Part shown: positions 40,916 to 54,136 of the stretch, in pieces
How the letters are laid out: the number at the start of each line of letters is the position of its first letter
Position numbering within the stretch: position 1 is the stretch's first letter
Assembly: GCF_003018255.1 (NCBI RefSeq)
Contig: NZ_CP027440.1
Direction: 5' to 3' (one strand)
DNA from: Escherichia coli
Lineage (GTDB): Bacteria; Pseudomonadota; Gammaproteobacteria; Enterobacterales; Enterobacteriaceae
Length of the DNA stretch: 64,000 nucleotides
Program-made: the position numbers and the translations under genes
Notes under the pieces: model-generated
What the model was told of the DNA's origin: nothing
The model's input: only the letters and a program-made list of their open reading frames with translations
Databases searched by the model: none

Positions 40916-41701
40916 ATGATGCAGGTAACAAGCGATCAATGGCTTTCCTGGTTAAGCCTGTACTTCTGGCCGTTACTGCGCGTGCTGGCGCTCATTTCTA
41001 CCGCACCAATTCTGAGCGAACGCAGCGTGCCGAAACGGGTAAAACTGGGTCTGGCAATGATGATCACGTTCGCTATTGCCCCATCATTACCTGCCAACGA
41101 TGTTCCTGTTTTTTCGTTCTTTGCTCTGTGGCTGGCCGTGCAGCAGATCCTGATCGGCATTGCGCTTGGTTTTACCATGCAATTTGCCTTTGCCGCGGTG
41201 CGAACCGCTGGTGAAATTATCGGTCTGCAAATGGGGCTGTCATTTGCGACGTTTGTCGATCCGGCCAGCCATCTCAATATGCCCGTTCTAGCGCGTATCA
41301 TGGATATGCTGGCGTTATTGCTGTTCCTGACATTTAACGGTCATTTATGGTTGATTTCACTGCTAGTCGATACCTTTCACACCCTGCCAATTGGTGGCGA
41401 ACCGTTGAACAGCAATGCGTTTCTGGCACTCACCAAAGCAGGGAGTTTGATTTTCCTTAACGGGCTGATGCTGGCATTACCGCTCATTACTCTGCTGCTG
41501 ACCCTGAATCTGGCATTAGGTTTACTGAATCGTATGGCCCCGCAATTATCCATTTTTGTTATTGGATTTCCATTAACTCTGACTGTCGGTATCTCTTTAA
41601 TGGCGGCATTAATGCCGTTAATTGCGCCTTTTTGCGAACATTTATTCAGTGAGATGTTTAATTTGCTGGCTGATATTATTAGTGAATTGCCATTAATATA
41701 A
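40916..41701 (+). CDS. fliR: flagellar export apparatus protein FliR
   Basis: 261-aa multi-pass [59 protein letters not shown]. Confidence 0.93.
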   Translation: MMQVTSDQWLSWLSLYFWPLLRVLALISTAPILSERSVPKRVKLGLAMMITFAIAPSLPANDVPVFSFFALWLAVQQILIGIALGFTMQFAFAAVRTAGEIIGLQMGLSFATFVDPASHLNMPVLARIMDMLALLLFLTFNGHLWLISLLVDTFHTLPIGGEPLNSNAFLALTKAGSLIFLNGLMLALPLITLLLTLNLALGLLNRMAPQLSIFVIGFPLTLTVGISLMAALMPLIAPFCEHLFSEMFNLLADIISELPLI

Positions 41702-41990
41702 TTCCGTAACGTTTATCATGTTATCCTAAGGATTATCCGAAAAATAATACCTACGAACATCTTCCAGGATACTCCTGCGGCGAAATATTTGTTTTAAGCT
41801 CACTCACATATCGCAACATTTACTTTACTTTAAGACAATTCCAGGCAAATTATACAACACTTTACGGGATAGTAAGTCCGCCTGAAAAATCGCGAGAGTG
41901 GCGCATTAGGTGACCCATGTTGTTCCGTTTAGTCATGATGAAATATTCAGGTAAGGGGAATTATCGTTACGCATTGAGTGAGGGTATGCC

Positions 41991-42614
41991 ATGTCAACGA
42001 TTATTATGGATTTATGTAGTTACACCCGACTAGGTTTAACCGGGTATCTGTTGAGTAGAGGGGTTAAAAAAAGAGAAATCAACGACATTGAAACCGTTGA
42101 TGACCTTGCCATAGCTTGTGATTCACAGCGCCCTTCAGTGGTGTTTATTAATGAGGACTGTTTCATCCACGATGCTTCTAACAGTCAGCGCATCAAGCAC
42201 ATCATTAATCAACATCCCAATACGTTATTTATCGTTTTTATGGCAATTGCCAATGTTCATTTTGATGAATATCTATTGGTCAGAAAAAATTTATTGATCA
42301 GTTCTAAATCGATTAAACCGGAATCTCTCGATGATATCCTTGGCGATATTCTGAAAAAAGAGACAACGATAACCTCGTTTTTAAATATGCCGACGTTATC
42401 ATTGAGCCGAACCGAATCGAGTATGTTGCGAATGTGGATGGCAGGTCAGGGAACCATTCAAATCTCCGACCAAATGAATATCAAAGCCAAGACCGTTTCA
42501 TCGCATAAAGGTAATATTAAACGTAAGATCAAAACGCATAATAAACAGGTTATCTACCATGTCGTCCGACTGACGGATAATGTGACTAATGGTATTTTTG
42601 TCAACATGCGCTAA
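41991..42614 (+). CDS. rcsA: colanic acid capsule regulator RcsA (LuxR-type HTH)
   Basis: 207-aa [61 protein letters not shown]. Confidence 0.93.
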   Translation: MSTIIMDLCSYTRLGLTGYLLSRGVKKREINDIETVDDLAIACDSQRPSVVFINEDCFIHDASNSQRIKHIINQHPNTLFIVFMAIANVHFDEYLLVRKNLLISSKSIKPESLDDILGDILKKETTITSFLNMPTLSLSRTESSMLRMWMAGQGTIQISDQMNIKAKTVSSHKGNIKRKIKTHNKQVIYHVVRLTDNVTNGIFVNMR

Positions 42615-42657
42615 CACATTCTGACTGGTGGTTTCCCACCAGTCAGGCTGAATTAGA

Positions 42658-42936
<279 letters not shown>

Positions 42937-43008
42937 CTATACTTAAGAGATGCCAGGCGGACTTAACGACTGGCGGCAACAACAGAGTAACGGTTGCGAG
43001 GAAAGATG

Positions 43009-43236
43009 ATGAAAACCGCAAAAGAGTACAGCGATACCGCAAAACGTGAGGTCAGCGTCGATGTCGATGCCCTGCTGGCGGCGATCAATGAAATTAGCGA
43101 AAGCGAAGTTCATCGCAGCCAGAACGATTCTGAACACGTTAGTGTCGATGGACGTGAATATCATACATGGCGTGAATTGGCGGATGCCTTCGAACTGGAT
43201 ATTCATGACTTCAGCGTCTCTGAAGTGAATCGTTGA
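43009..43236 (+). CDS. yodD: stress-induced protein YodD
   Basis: ORF 42994..43236; start trimmed to MKTAKEYSDTAKREVSVDVDALLAAINEISESEVHRS (75 aa). Confidence 0.85.
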   Translation: MKTAKEYSDTAKREVSVDVDALLAAINEISESEVHRSQNDSEHVSVDGREYHTWRELADAFELDIHDFSVSEVNR

Positions 43237-43250
43237 ATGCACAATAAAAA

Positions 43251-43337
43251 AAATCCCGACCCTGAGGGGGTCGGGATGAAACTTGCTTAAGCAAGAAGCA
43301 CTTAAAAAATTCGTTACACCAGGAAATCTGATGTGTT
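43251..43337 (-). ncRNA. dsrA: DsrA small regulatory RNA (Hfq-dependent; activates rpoS translation, represses hns)
   Basis: Minus strand reads AACACATCAGATTTCCTGGTGTAACGAATTTTTTAAGTGCTTCTTGCTTAAGCAAGTTTCATCCCGACCCCCTCAGGGTCGGGATTT; the 3' stem-loop CCCGACCCCCTCAGGGTCGGG plus U-run is its intrinsic terminator. Confidence 0.93.
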
Positions 43338-43516
43338 CATCACCTTATCCGCAATTTTTTTCGCTGACAAGAAAATATTCGTGATATGAATGATTAACGC
43401 TACTTATGAATAGAAATGTGACGCGCGTCACCCCTTGGTGGCTCTGGCGTCAACGGGATCGCTCCCAAAAAAATCATCTTTGATAATTTGTGCTGTTTTG
43501 AGAATCATCCTGGTAA

Positions 43517-46041
<2,525 letters not shown>

Positions 46042-46211
46042 CCTGACGACTCCCAACCTGCTTTTTTATGATTCTGGCATAACCCGGCGATAACGTACCG
46101 CAAAACAGCGATAATTTTATAATGGTGGCATGATAAGACGCGACTATCATTCATTGCAGGCATTGGCACACCAGGCCGGATGTGATCCGGCCTGGTGTTA
46201 ATGATACCCTT

Positions 46212-46394
46212 TCAAACTTCTTCCGCAGAACGACTCCCCTCCCCCGGAACAAGATCGGTTTCATGAAAAGCTTCCCGCTTGACCCCGTAACCGTCATACC
46301 AACGACACTCAACCATACCGCTGGAGTATCCAGTGACAATCATCCGCGGGCCGCCCTCTTTAACCGTAACTTCCTCACTAACCATAAAGCTCAT
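46212..46394 (-). CDS. yodC: uncharacterised protein YodC
   Basis: 60-aa ORF MSFMVSEEVTVKEGGPRMIVTGYSSGMVECRWYDGYGVKREAFHETDLVPGEGSRSAEEV. Confidence 0.85.
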   Translation of the reverse strand: MSFMVSEEVTVKEGGPRMIVTGYSSGMVECRWYDGYGVKREAFHETDLVPGEGSRSAEEV

Positions 46395-46472
46395 ACTCGC
46401 CTCCTTTTTTCGAGTGAAACTTGTTCACCTTAGTTGAAGATGGCGAATTTTGCATAATAGCCAGTGCGAGTA

Positions 46473-47390
46473 TTAATGTGCCTGACCGCGCATTTTCGCT
46501 ACTGCTTTCACTCCCAGCACCACGATGCCGCCGATGATAAAACCAAGAATCAGATTTAAAACAGTCGGTAATATCATCGCCACCACTGCACTTTGCTGCC
46601 CGGCGAAATGTTCAATGGCGTGATGCAGCGGCGCAATACCATGTACCACAATCCCGCCGCCGACGAGGAACATCGCCAGCGTGCCGACAATCGATAACGC
46701 CTTCATCAACCAGGGCGCAATGATCAATAACCCTTTACCTAATGCCTGCATCAGCGCGCTGGATTTTTCCGCCAACCAATACCCCAGGTCATCAATCTTA
46801 ACGATAACCCCTACCAGACCGTAGACGCCCACGGTCACTACCAGCGCGATGCCTGAAAGCACCAGCACCTGATTAAGCAACGGCGCTTCTGCCACAATCC
46901 CCAGCGTGATGGCGACGATTTCCGCAGACAAAATAAAATCGGTACGAATCGCCCCTTTAATTTTGTCCTTTTCAAACTTCAGCGGATCCTGCGCCGCCAG
47001 CTTCTCCAGACGCTGCTGGCTCTGCGCTGGATCTTCTTTATGTTTACGCGCCTCCAGCATATGCAGCACTTTCTCTACCCCTTCAAAGCAGAGAAACGCG
47101 CCACCAATCATCAACAGTGGCGTAATCGCCCACGGGATAAACGCACTGATGATCAGCGCCAGCGGCACCAGAATCACTTTATTGATCAGCGATCCTTTCG
47201 CCACGCCCCAGACCACGGGAAGTTCCCGGTTGGCCCGCACGCCCGAAACTTGTTGCGCATTGAGCGATAAATCATCCCCTAATACACCGGCGGTTTTCTT
47301 CGCCGCCAGTTTGCCCATCACGGAGATATCGTCCAGCAGTGTGGCGATATCATCGAGCAACGTCAGTAAACTACTCCCGGCCAAAAGCAT
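46473..47390 (-). CDS. yedI: DUF808 family inner membrane protein YedI
   Basis: 305-aa [54 protein letters not shown]. Confidence 0.9.
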   Translation of the reverse strand: MLLAGSSLLTLLDDIATLLDDISVMGKLAAKKTAGVLGDDLSLNAQQVSGVRANRELPVVWGVAKGSLINKVILVPLALIISAFIPWAITPLLMIGGAFLCFEGVEKVLHMLEARKHKEDPAQSQQRLEKLAAQDPLKFEKDKIKGAIRTDFILSAEIVAITLGIVAEAPLLNQVLVLSGIALVVTVGVYGLVGVIVKIDDLGYWLAEKSSALMQALGKGLLIIAPWLMKALSIVGTLAMFLVGGGIVVHGIAPLHHAIEHFAGQQSAVVAMILPTVLNLILGFIIGGIVVLGVKAVAKMRGQAH

Positions 47391-47562
47391 TCCCTCTCAT
47401 TTTTATTGTTGAAGGGTGTAAGTATGAAGCAAAAACGGCAGCTCTGATACTTGCTTCACAGGTCAACATTTATTTAACAATCAAGTGCAATTATATCTCT
47501 CGCCAGCAGAATGATTTTCACGTTTACTATGAACCACCTTTTTATTTCCGCCGTGAGGGATT

Positions 47563-48483
47563 ATGCGTTTCCGCCAGTTGTTACCGCTTTTTGGCGCGCT
47601 GTTTGCGTTGTATATCATTTGGGGCTCAACCTATTTTGTCATTCGGATTGGCGTGGAAAGCTGGCCTCCGTTAATGATGGCGGGCGTTCGATTCCTGGCA
47701 GCCGGTATTTTATTGCTGGCATTTTTGCTACTGCGCGGACACAAACTTCCCCCGCTACGTCCGCTGCTCAATGCCGCGCTGATTGGCCTGTTATTGCTGG
47801 CTGTCGGTAATGGCATGGTGACGGTTGCCGAACATCAAAATGTTCCTTCCGGCATCGCCGCCGTAGTGGTTGCAACCGTGCCCCTCTTTACCCTGTGCTT
47901 CAGCCGCCTGTTTGGCATTAAAACGCGCAAACTGGAATGGGTGGGTATCGCCATTGGGCTTGCCGGAATCATCATGCTCAATAGCGGTGGAAATTTAAGC
48001 GGCAATCCGTGGGGCGCGATTCTGATTTTAATCGGCTCGATTAGCTGGGCGTTTGGCTCGGTTTATGGCTCGCGCATTACCTTACCTGTAGGGATGATGG
48101 CGGGTGCGATTGAGATGCTGGCGGCAGGCGTGGTGTTAATGATTGCGTCGATGATTGCGGGTGAAAAACTGACGGCGCTCCCTTCCCTTTCAGGCTTCCT
48201 TGCGGTCGGCTATCTGGCGCTGTTTGGTTCGATTATCGCCATTAACGCTTATATGTATTTAATCCGCAACGTCAGTCCGGCTCTCGCCACCAGCTACGCC
48301 TACGTTAACCCGGTGGTCGCGGTCTTACTGGGTACGGGACTGGGTGGCGAAACGCTGTCGAAGATTGAATGGCTGGCGCTCGGCGTGATTGTCTTCGCGG
48401 TGGTACTGGTCACGTTGGGAAAATATCTCTTCCCGGCAAAACCCGTAGTTGCGCCAGTTATTCAGGACGCATCAAGCGAGTAA
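47563..48483 (+). CDS. yedA: EamA/DMT-family transporter YedA
   Basis: 306-aa ORF with 10 predicted TM segments, MRFRQLLPLFGALFALYIIWGSTYFVIRIG. Confidence 0.9.
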   Translation: MRFRQLLPLFGALFALYIIWGSTYFVIRIGVESWPPLMMAGVRFLAAGILLLAFLLLRGHKLPPLRPLLNAALIGLLLLAVGNGMVTVAEHQNVPSGIAAVVVATVPLFTLCFSRLFGIKTRKLEWVGIAIGLAGIIMLNSGGNLSGNPWGAILILIGSISWAFGSVYGSRITLPVGMMAGAIEMLAAGVVLMIASMIAGEKLTALPSLSGFLAVGYLALFGSIIAINAYMYLIRNVSPALATSYAYVNPVVAVLLGTGLGGETLSKIEWLALGVIVFAVVLVTLGKYLFPAKPVVAPVIQDASSE

Positions 48484-48942
48484 ATGAATCCCCTGCGTGT
48501 CGATCTGCGCGCTGGCACCTTCGCCGCAGATCCACTCTTCCAGACGCTCGGTAAGCGCCGCATCCGTAAGCTTCTCGCGCCCACGTAACGCACACTCCCA
48601 GACAATCAGTACGCGCCAGCCGAGTTCCTGCAAGCGACTGATATCGCGGCGATCGCGTTCAACATTTTTACCTATCTTCTCCAGCCAGAACTCGGTTCGA
48701 GTCGCAGGCACTTTAAACAGATAGCAGTGATGATGATGCCAGAAGCAGCCGTGGGTAAATATCACGCAGCGATATTCATCAACGACAAAATCCGGGCGTC
48801 CGGGCAGACTGGCGTCCTGAACGCGAAACGCCAGGCCCTGCCCGGTTAACAAACTGGCGAGGCGCTTCTCAATCGCCGTATTACGCGTGGCAATTGCGCG
48901 CATATTTTTGCTGCGGGTGGCCTTATCGTGAACGTCGACCAT
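48472..48942 (-). CDS. vsr: very-short-patch-repair endonuclease Vsr
   Basis: ORF 48472..49104; start trimmed to [32 protein letters not shown] (156 aa); overlaps the dcm 3' end in a different frame. Confidence 0.9.
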   Translation of the reverse strand: MVDVHDKATRSKNMRAIATRNTAIEKRLASLLTGQGLAFRVQDASLPGRPDFVVDEYRCVIFTHGCFWHHHHCYLFKVPATRTEFWLEKIGKNVERDRRDISRLQELGWRVLIVWECALRGREKLTDAALTERLEEWICGEGASAQIDTQGIHLLA

Positions 48943-50341
48943 GTTGTGCCTCTTGCTGACGCAACGCCACCGCCTGTTTGATTTTTGGCTCAAGCAGTTT
49001 TGCCACCGCGGCAAAGACCGGCACGACCACCGAGTTACCGAACTGGCGATAGGCCTGAGTGTCCGAAACCGGAATGCGGAATTTCGCTTCTCCCGGCGCT
49101 TCAAAACCCATTAAGCGCGCGCATTCCCGAGGCGTTAACCGACGTGGACGATGTTGCTGATTCAGCGGATCGTCAAAGTCTTTCTCACCCGTGGCCATAT
49201 CCCAGCCGCGATCGATTAGAATTTCCGCGCCATCTTTGTAATAACGCGCAGACAGCGTACGCGTGACGCTTTGCGGATTGTTCGGATAAACCATTCCATA
49301 ACCGAAGCCGTTACCGCGCGCCTGATGTTTTTTCGCATAACGATAGAGGTACTTCCACAGCACCGACGTCAGGATATATTTCGCCTCGACCATCGGGTCC
49401 AGCAGCTGCGCCAGCGTCACTCGCTGTGCAGGGAAACATTTGCTGATATCACGCAGAGTAAAATCGGCTTTCAGATTCAGATCGCGACGAAAACCCACCA
49501 GCACGATGCGTTCACGGTGCTGCGGCAGAAAATGTTTGCCGTCGATGATTTTCGGATCGTCTGGCCCGTTATCTTCTGCATCAGCCACGTCATAGCCCAG
49601 TTCGTCCAGCGTCTGCATGATGATGCGGAACGTTTTACCCTGGTCGTGACTTTTCAGGTTTTTGACGTTTTCGAGCACAAACATCGCCGGACGACGCGCG
49701 TCGATAATGCGCACCACATCAAAGAACAGCGTGCCCTGGGTATCGCAGGCAAAACCGTGCGCCCGCCCGAGCGAGTTCTTTTTCGATACGCCAGCCAGCG
49801 AAAATGGCTGACAAGGAAAACCCGCCAGTAATACATCGTGTTCAGGAATGTGTTGACGAATATGTTCCGCCGCCGCCTCATCACTCACGCCTTCTTTATG
49901 GCTGAGGGTGATGTCGCGGATATCTTCATTAAAATGATGCGTCGCCGGGTCGCAATAATGATTGGCTTTATAAGTGCGTACCGCATGTTTGTTCCATTCG
50001 CTGGTAAAGACGCACTGTCCGCCAATCGATTCAAAACCGCGACGGATGCCGCCAATTCCGGCAAATAGATCGATAAAGCGAAACGCATAATGCGGATGAT
50101 GTGCCGGTGGTTTGGGTAACAACGTTTGCAGATGGGCGAACTCTTTCTCACTTAAACGGTGCCATGCCGAGTCATTCGCCAGCGCACGTTTTAAAATTGC
50201 CGCGCTCCAGTGATTCTCACCCACACCATTAAGCTGCGCCACCAGCGTTTTAACATCATAAATTTGCAGCAGTTTCTCCAGCATTGCCTGAACGACATTC
50301 CCGGTGCTGTATGAATCGGTTACTGATATATTTTCCTGCAT
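48923..50341 (-). CDS. dcm: DNA-cytosine C5 methyltransferase Dcm (CCWGG)
   Basis: 472-aa [40 protein letters not shown]... with C5-MTase motifs FAGIGG, PCQPFS, ENV. Confidence 0.93.
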   Translation of the reverse strand: MQENISVTDSYSTGNVVQAMLEKLLQIYDVKTLVAQLNGVGENHWSAAILKRALANDSAWHRLSEKEFAHLQTLLPKPPAHHPHYAFRFIDLFAGIGGIRRGFESIGGQCVFTSEWNKHAVRTYKANHYCDPATHHFNEDIRDITLSHKEGVSDEAAAEHIRQHIPEHDVLLAGFPCQPFSLAGVSKKNSLGRAHGFACDTQGTLFFDVVRIIDARRPAMFVLENVKNLKSHDQGKTFRIIMQTLDELGYDVADAEDNGPDDPKIIDGKHFLPQHRERIVLVGFRRDLNLKADFTLRDISKCFPAQRVTLAQLLDPMVEAKYILTSVLWKYLYRYAKKHQARGNGFGYGMVYPNNPQSVTRTLSARYYKDGAEILIDRGWDMATGEKDFDDPLNQQHRPRRLTPRECARLMGFEAPGEAKFRIPVSDTQAYRQFGNSVVVPVFAAVAKLLEPKIKQAVALRQQEAQHGRRSR

Positions 50342-50407
50342 AGATTTAACCGGCCATCTGAGATGGCCGACAGGTTAACATAATTACTGCCGTTTAGGGC
50401 CACGCGC

Positions 50408-51103
50408 TCAGCCCGCGGGTGAAAACGCATCTATCACCTTGTGATCGACACCTTCATTCTCCCCCGCCAGTTCGGCACTGAGCTTCGCCATAAACTCGAC
50501 TAAAAATTGCGCGTTGTGCTGCGCCAGCTGCTTGCCTCTTGCGGTTTGCATGGTTTGCGGTAGCTTCAGCAACTTAGTCTGGAAATGATCCAGCGCGTAG
50601 CGTTTATCATCAAGCGGGCGATGCTGTGCGAACGGATCTTCGCCATCAAACAGCGCCACGCCCAATGCCCCTGAAACAGCAAACACGCGCGCCAGGCCAA
50701 TCGCCCCCAGGGCTTCCAGCCGATCCGCATCCTGGACGATTTTAGCTTCCGTTGTTAAGGGGGCGATTTGCGCGCTGAAACTGTGCGCGGCAATGGCATG
50801 ACAAACGGCCTCGATTTTCTCCGCCGGAAATTGCACGAACTCTTCACGGAGCAGGCGACGCGTCTCTTCTGCCGCCAGGATTGAAGAATGCTGCCGTTGC
50901 GGATGATCTTTCGCCAGGCTCACAATATCGTGAAAATAACAGGCGGATAAAATCACCAGCATATCGACATCGTCATCTGCCGCCAGCTTCTGTGCCGTAG
51001 CCCAGACGCGGCGAAAATGACACACGTCATGGGCCGCGTCCTGGTGCTGATGATGGTTTTTCAACCAGTTTTCGAACTGTGCCTGCCAGTGTTGTAAGTC
51101 CAT
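50408..51103 (-). CDS. yedJ: HD-domain phosphohydrolase YedJ
   Basis: ORF 50408..51130; start trimmed to [34 protein letters not shown] (231 aa; HD motif ...HD...D). Confidence 0.88.
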   Translation of the reverse strand: MDLQHWQAQFENWLKNHHQHQDAAHDVCHFRRVWATAQKLAADDDVDMLVILSACYFHDIVSLAKDHPQRQHSSILAAEETRRLLREEFVQFPAEKIEAVCHAIAAHSFSAQIAPLTTEAKIVQDADRLEALGAIGLARVFAVSGALGVALFDGEDPFAQHRPLDDKRYALDHFQTKLLKLPQTMQTARGKQLAQHNAQFLVEFMAKLSAELAGENEGVDHKVIDAFSPAG

Positions 51104-51142
51104 ACGCGCTCCGTTGCCAAAGAGTCGCAACCTTAGCAGTTT

Positions 51143-51526
51143 TTATTCATAGCGTCTGCTACGTGCGGGACGAGGTCGGGTGTACCAGGCAATGCTGCCT
51201 AACAATGCCCCGACCAGAGCCATAAATAAAAATCCGACCAGTGCCCCTAACCACTTTCCCGCGGTAGAGCCTAAATCGCTTTCAAATCCCGACACCGGGG
51301 CATCAGGGATCCGGCTCATCACCCAGATGTAACGCGCCATTGCCCAGACGAAATAGCCACACCATGTATAGAAAGCCCACAAAGCCAATTTGCCGCCAGG
51401 GCTGCGAGAGAGTCTCTCTTCCATCTTTGTCGAACCGTATTCCATTTTGAGATAACCCGGAAAATTCAGACTTAGTACTATTATGTGATAAAAGTCACAT
51501 TTTTCCACATTGGATGAGCCAGTCAA
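51143..51526 (-). CDS. yedR: inner membrane protein YedR (start codon uncertain)
   Basis: ORF with two TM helices (...LALWAFYTWCGYFVWAMARYIWV... and ...WLGALVGFLFMALVGALLGSIAWY...); the true start may be an internal Met (MEYGSTK or MEERL). Confidence 0.65.
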   Translation of the reverse strand: MTGSSNVEKCDFYHIIVLSLNFPGYLKMEYGSTKMEERLSRSPGGKLALWAFYTWCGYFVWAMARYIWVMSRIPDAPVSGFESDLGSTAGKWLGALVGFLFMALVGALLGSIAWYTRPRPARSRRYE

Positions 51527-52070
51527 GACTCAATCATTTTTTGAACAAATAGATAAATTTTGCGCAACGGCGGTGAATACAGGAAAATTCGATTTGAACG
51601 ATGTTATTTATCTTTGATTTCGGCTTTATTAATTCACTCAATCAATATATTGGCACTGATTACAATTATACCTTTTTATTTTTCTGTGTCATCATGCCTC
51701 CGTTATTAGCCTTTTATCGTCTTGTTTATATTTTTTTGGCCGGCATGATGCCGGCTTTTTTTATGCCTTCATTAATGTGCGCGAGATCACACCAGCCGTT
51801 TAGCACACAATCATTGATACTCCCTATCTTTTCGATCAACTCATAACATATTGATATACATCCATAATGTTCGTGAATATTTATATTCAGAATTCATAGC
51901 CACGAATTATATTAAATAGATTAGAAACATTTTGAAATCTTTTAAATACATTTGTTACATGTAATCTTTAAAATAAAATGAACTTCATAGAATAGTATCC
52001 AAATGTGCTTTTTTTGGATAACAGCACTTATTGATATATTCATGAAGATTATAATCACAAGGGAATACAT

Positions 52071-52172
52071 AATGAAAAGAAAAGTTCTGGCAATGCTGGT
52101 CCCGGCGTTATTAGTTGCTGGCGCAGCAAATGCGGCTGAAATTTATAATAAAAATGGGTTTTTTGTTGCCTG
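52071..52172 (+). pseudogene. yedS: 5' remnant of an OmpC-family porin gene (yedS-like), truncated after about 30 codons
   Basis: atgaaaagaaaagttctggcaatgctggtc... translates to [29 protein letters not shown] then FFVA-stop. This is the porin signal peptide plus mature N-terminus (AEIYNK[DN]G); homology ends where the prophage begins. Confidence 0.8.
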
Positions 52173-52244
52173 AAATTTATGCTCTTTAAAATCATGATGT
52201 TAGAAGCACTGTTTTTTAACGATGGCGACAAAATGGCGGCAGCG

Positions 52245-52463
52245 TCAAAGAGAGAGCGCCACCTGTCCTGATTTCATTGGATGCGGCTGAACCGGATTTG
52301 ACTCTTTTGGCGTTGCAATCGAACGAACAAAAGTTTCATGAGTAACAAAAGTATGGCTGCAGTTAATGTTCTGGCACTGGTTGTAACGCTCTTTGGTCAA
52401 TGAAGATACCTGAAAACTGCTGCGAGTATGGGCGGCACTTCCACACAGTGGGCAAATCATCAT
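52245..52463 (-). CDS. ogr: P2 Ogr-like zinc-finger late-gene transcription activator
   Basis: ORF 52245..52496; MICPLCGSAAHTRSSFQVSSLTKERYNQCQNINCSHTFVTHETF contains the CxxC...CxxxxC Ogr/Delta zinc finger. Confidence 0.85.
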   Translation of the reverse strand: MMICPLCGSAAHTRSSFQVSSLTKERYNQCQNINCSHTFVTHETFVRSIATPKESNPVQPHPMKSGQVALSL

Positions 52464-52553
52464 TTTTCGAGTTCTCCCCATTTTTGCTAAATTCACAATA
52501 ATGATACCGCATTATTCCATTTTGAAAACTTAAAAGTTCTCCATTGCGAAGAA

Positions 52554-53654
52554 TCATTCCATTTCGAAATCATCAATCTTCACTTCAAGCTCCAGACTGG
52601 TCGTAAAACCGTTATCCGGGCTGACAGTATGCGTCAGGGTGGTAATAGTCCATTCCGCATCATCTATCGGCTGTTTAAAGCCACTGACTTTCACTGGCAT
52701 TTCCGTGTAGAGATCTGCCCGCCCTTCCGCCAGTTGTAGCGAGAATGACGCAACGCCGCGTTGCAGGCGTTCCCACTGCATTTTCGCCGCTCGTTCGGCG
52801 TTGCTCCGGTTGGCATAAGTGCGATTAAGTACCAGCACGTTTTCATCCGTACCCACCAGGTAATCGCCCTGCTTCGCTTCCGGCTCTTTCTTCTGCTTCT
52901 TAGTTCTGCGCTTACGCTTCACCGTGGTGCTTTCTTTCTTCGCGGGTTCGCGGGTATGCAACCAGCTGGCAATTACGCCCGTGTAAGCTCCGCGATCTGC
53001 CAGGGTAAAGCGGTGACTGTCGCCGTCCTTACGTGTGATAGTGATAACCGGTAGTGGTTTACCACTGGCGCTTTTACCCTGCCCCTGCCTGATGAATAAC
53101 AGATTGCCATTTTTCACCGACGCAATAGCACCGTACTGGCGCGCCAGCCGCATCAGAAAACTGCCGTCACTCTCATTGGTCTGGTCTATATGTTCCACGG
53201 GTTTATCTGACAGGTCTTTACCCAATGCCATCTTCAGTTTGTGCCGCGCAGCTATTTCCTTCACCACTTCCCCAACGGTGGTCTTGTGCCACGACTTTTC
53301 ACGGCGGGTATTCAGTGTTTCACGAAAATCAGCACTTCGCGCCCGGATAGTCAGGCGGTCCGGTGCGCCAGTGTGTTCAATCTCGTCCACTGTGAATGCC
53401 CCTTTCGGGAAAAGCGGCTGCCCCTTCCAGCCTAGCGCCAGCGTAATGACCGCACCACGGCGCGGCAGCGCTATTTTTCCATCGGCGTCATCCAGGTCCA
53501 GATCAAGCTGGTCCGCTTCAAAGCCCCGGTTATCCGTCAGCGTCAGACTCATCAGGCGGTTATCCAGCACAGTGGTGATATCCCTGCCCTCAATACTGAT
53601 ACTGAATGCCGGAGTTTTGTTGCCTTTGTTAAGCAGTTCAGAGCTGAAATTCAC
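52554..53654 (-). CDS. P2 gpD-like tail protein (late control gene D)
   Basis: 366-aa ORF MNFSSELLNKGNKTPAFSISIEGRDITTVLDNRLMSLTLTDNRGFEADQLDLDLDDADG..., gpD family; position between ogr and U. Confidence 0.85.
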   Translation of the reverse strand: MNFSSELLNKGNKTPAFSISIEGRDITTVLDNRLMSLTLTDNRGFEADQLDLDLDDADGKIALPRRGAVITLALGWKGQPLFPKGAFTVDEIEHTGAPDRLTIRARSADFRETLNTRREKSWHKTTVGEVVKEIAARHKLKMALGKDLSDKPVEHIDQTNESDGSFLMRLARQYGAIASVKNGNLLFIRQGQGKSASGKPLPVITITRKDGDSHRFTLADRGAYTGVIASWLHTREPAKKESTTVKRKRRTKKQKKEPEAKQGDYLVGTDENVLVLNRTYANRSNAERAAKMQWERLQRGVASFSLQLAEGRADLYTEMPVKVSGFKQPIDDAEWTITTLTHTVSPDNGFTTSLELEVKIDDFEME

Positions 53655-54136
53655 GACAGAAGCCCTCCCACCGTTTTACTGATATCGCTTAAGGCAGATG
53701 TTGCCGTTCCCTGCAGATTATTCAGCTGCGCACTGAGATCACCGAACATATCGGACAGGGATTCATCCACCCGTTTGAGCGACAGGGTGAACTCAATCCG
53801 GCGCGGCATACCGTTGCGGAAAAACTCCGTTTTAGTCTGATTCAGTCCCTCAATCACATACATGCCGTAAATCGTGCCGCTGCCTTCAATCAGAGGCCAT
53901 GCTTTCCCCTGTTCTGCCATCTGCTCAAGTGCCAGCAACGACAGCCTGCCGCCTGTTATCTCCGGCATAAGAACACCGGAAAGCGTCAGCATGTCGTTGT
54001 CTGGTCCCAGAAACTGCGTGGACGGACGACGATTTACCCGGCTGTTAACCGCATGTCGCCAGCTGCGTTGATACTGCAGTTCCTGATACGGCACGGTGCG
54101 CAGCATAAACACGTACAATCCCAGCACCATCATCAT
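53651..54136 (-). CDS. P2 gpU-like tail protein
   Basis: 161-aa ORF; position between D and the tape-measure gene; 4-bp overlaps on both sides. Confidence 0.8.
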   Translation of the reverse strand: MMMVLGLYVFMLRTVPYQELQYQRSWRHAVNSRVNRRPSTQFLGPDNDMLTLSGVLMPEITGGRLSLLALEQMAEQGKAWPLIEGSGTIYGMYVIEGLNQTKTEFFRNGMPRRIEFTLSLKRVDESLSDMFGDLSAQLNNLQGTATSALSDISKTVGGLLS

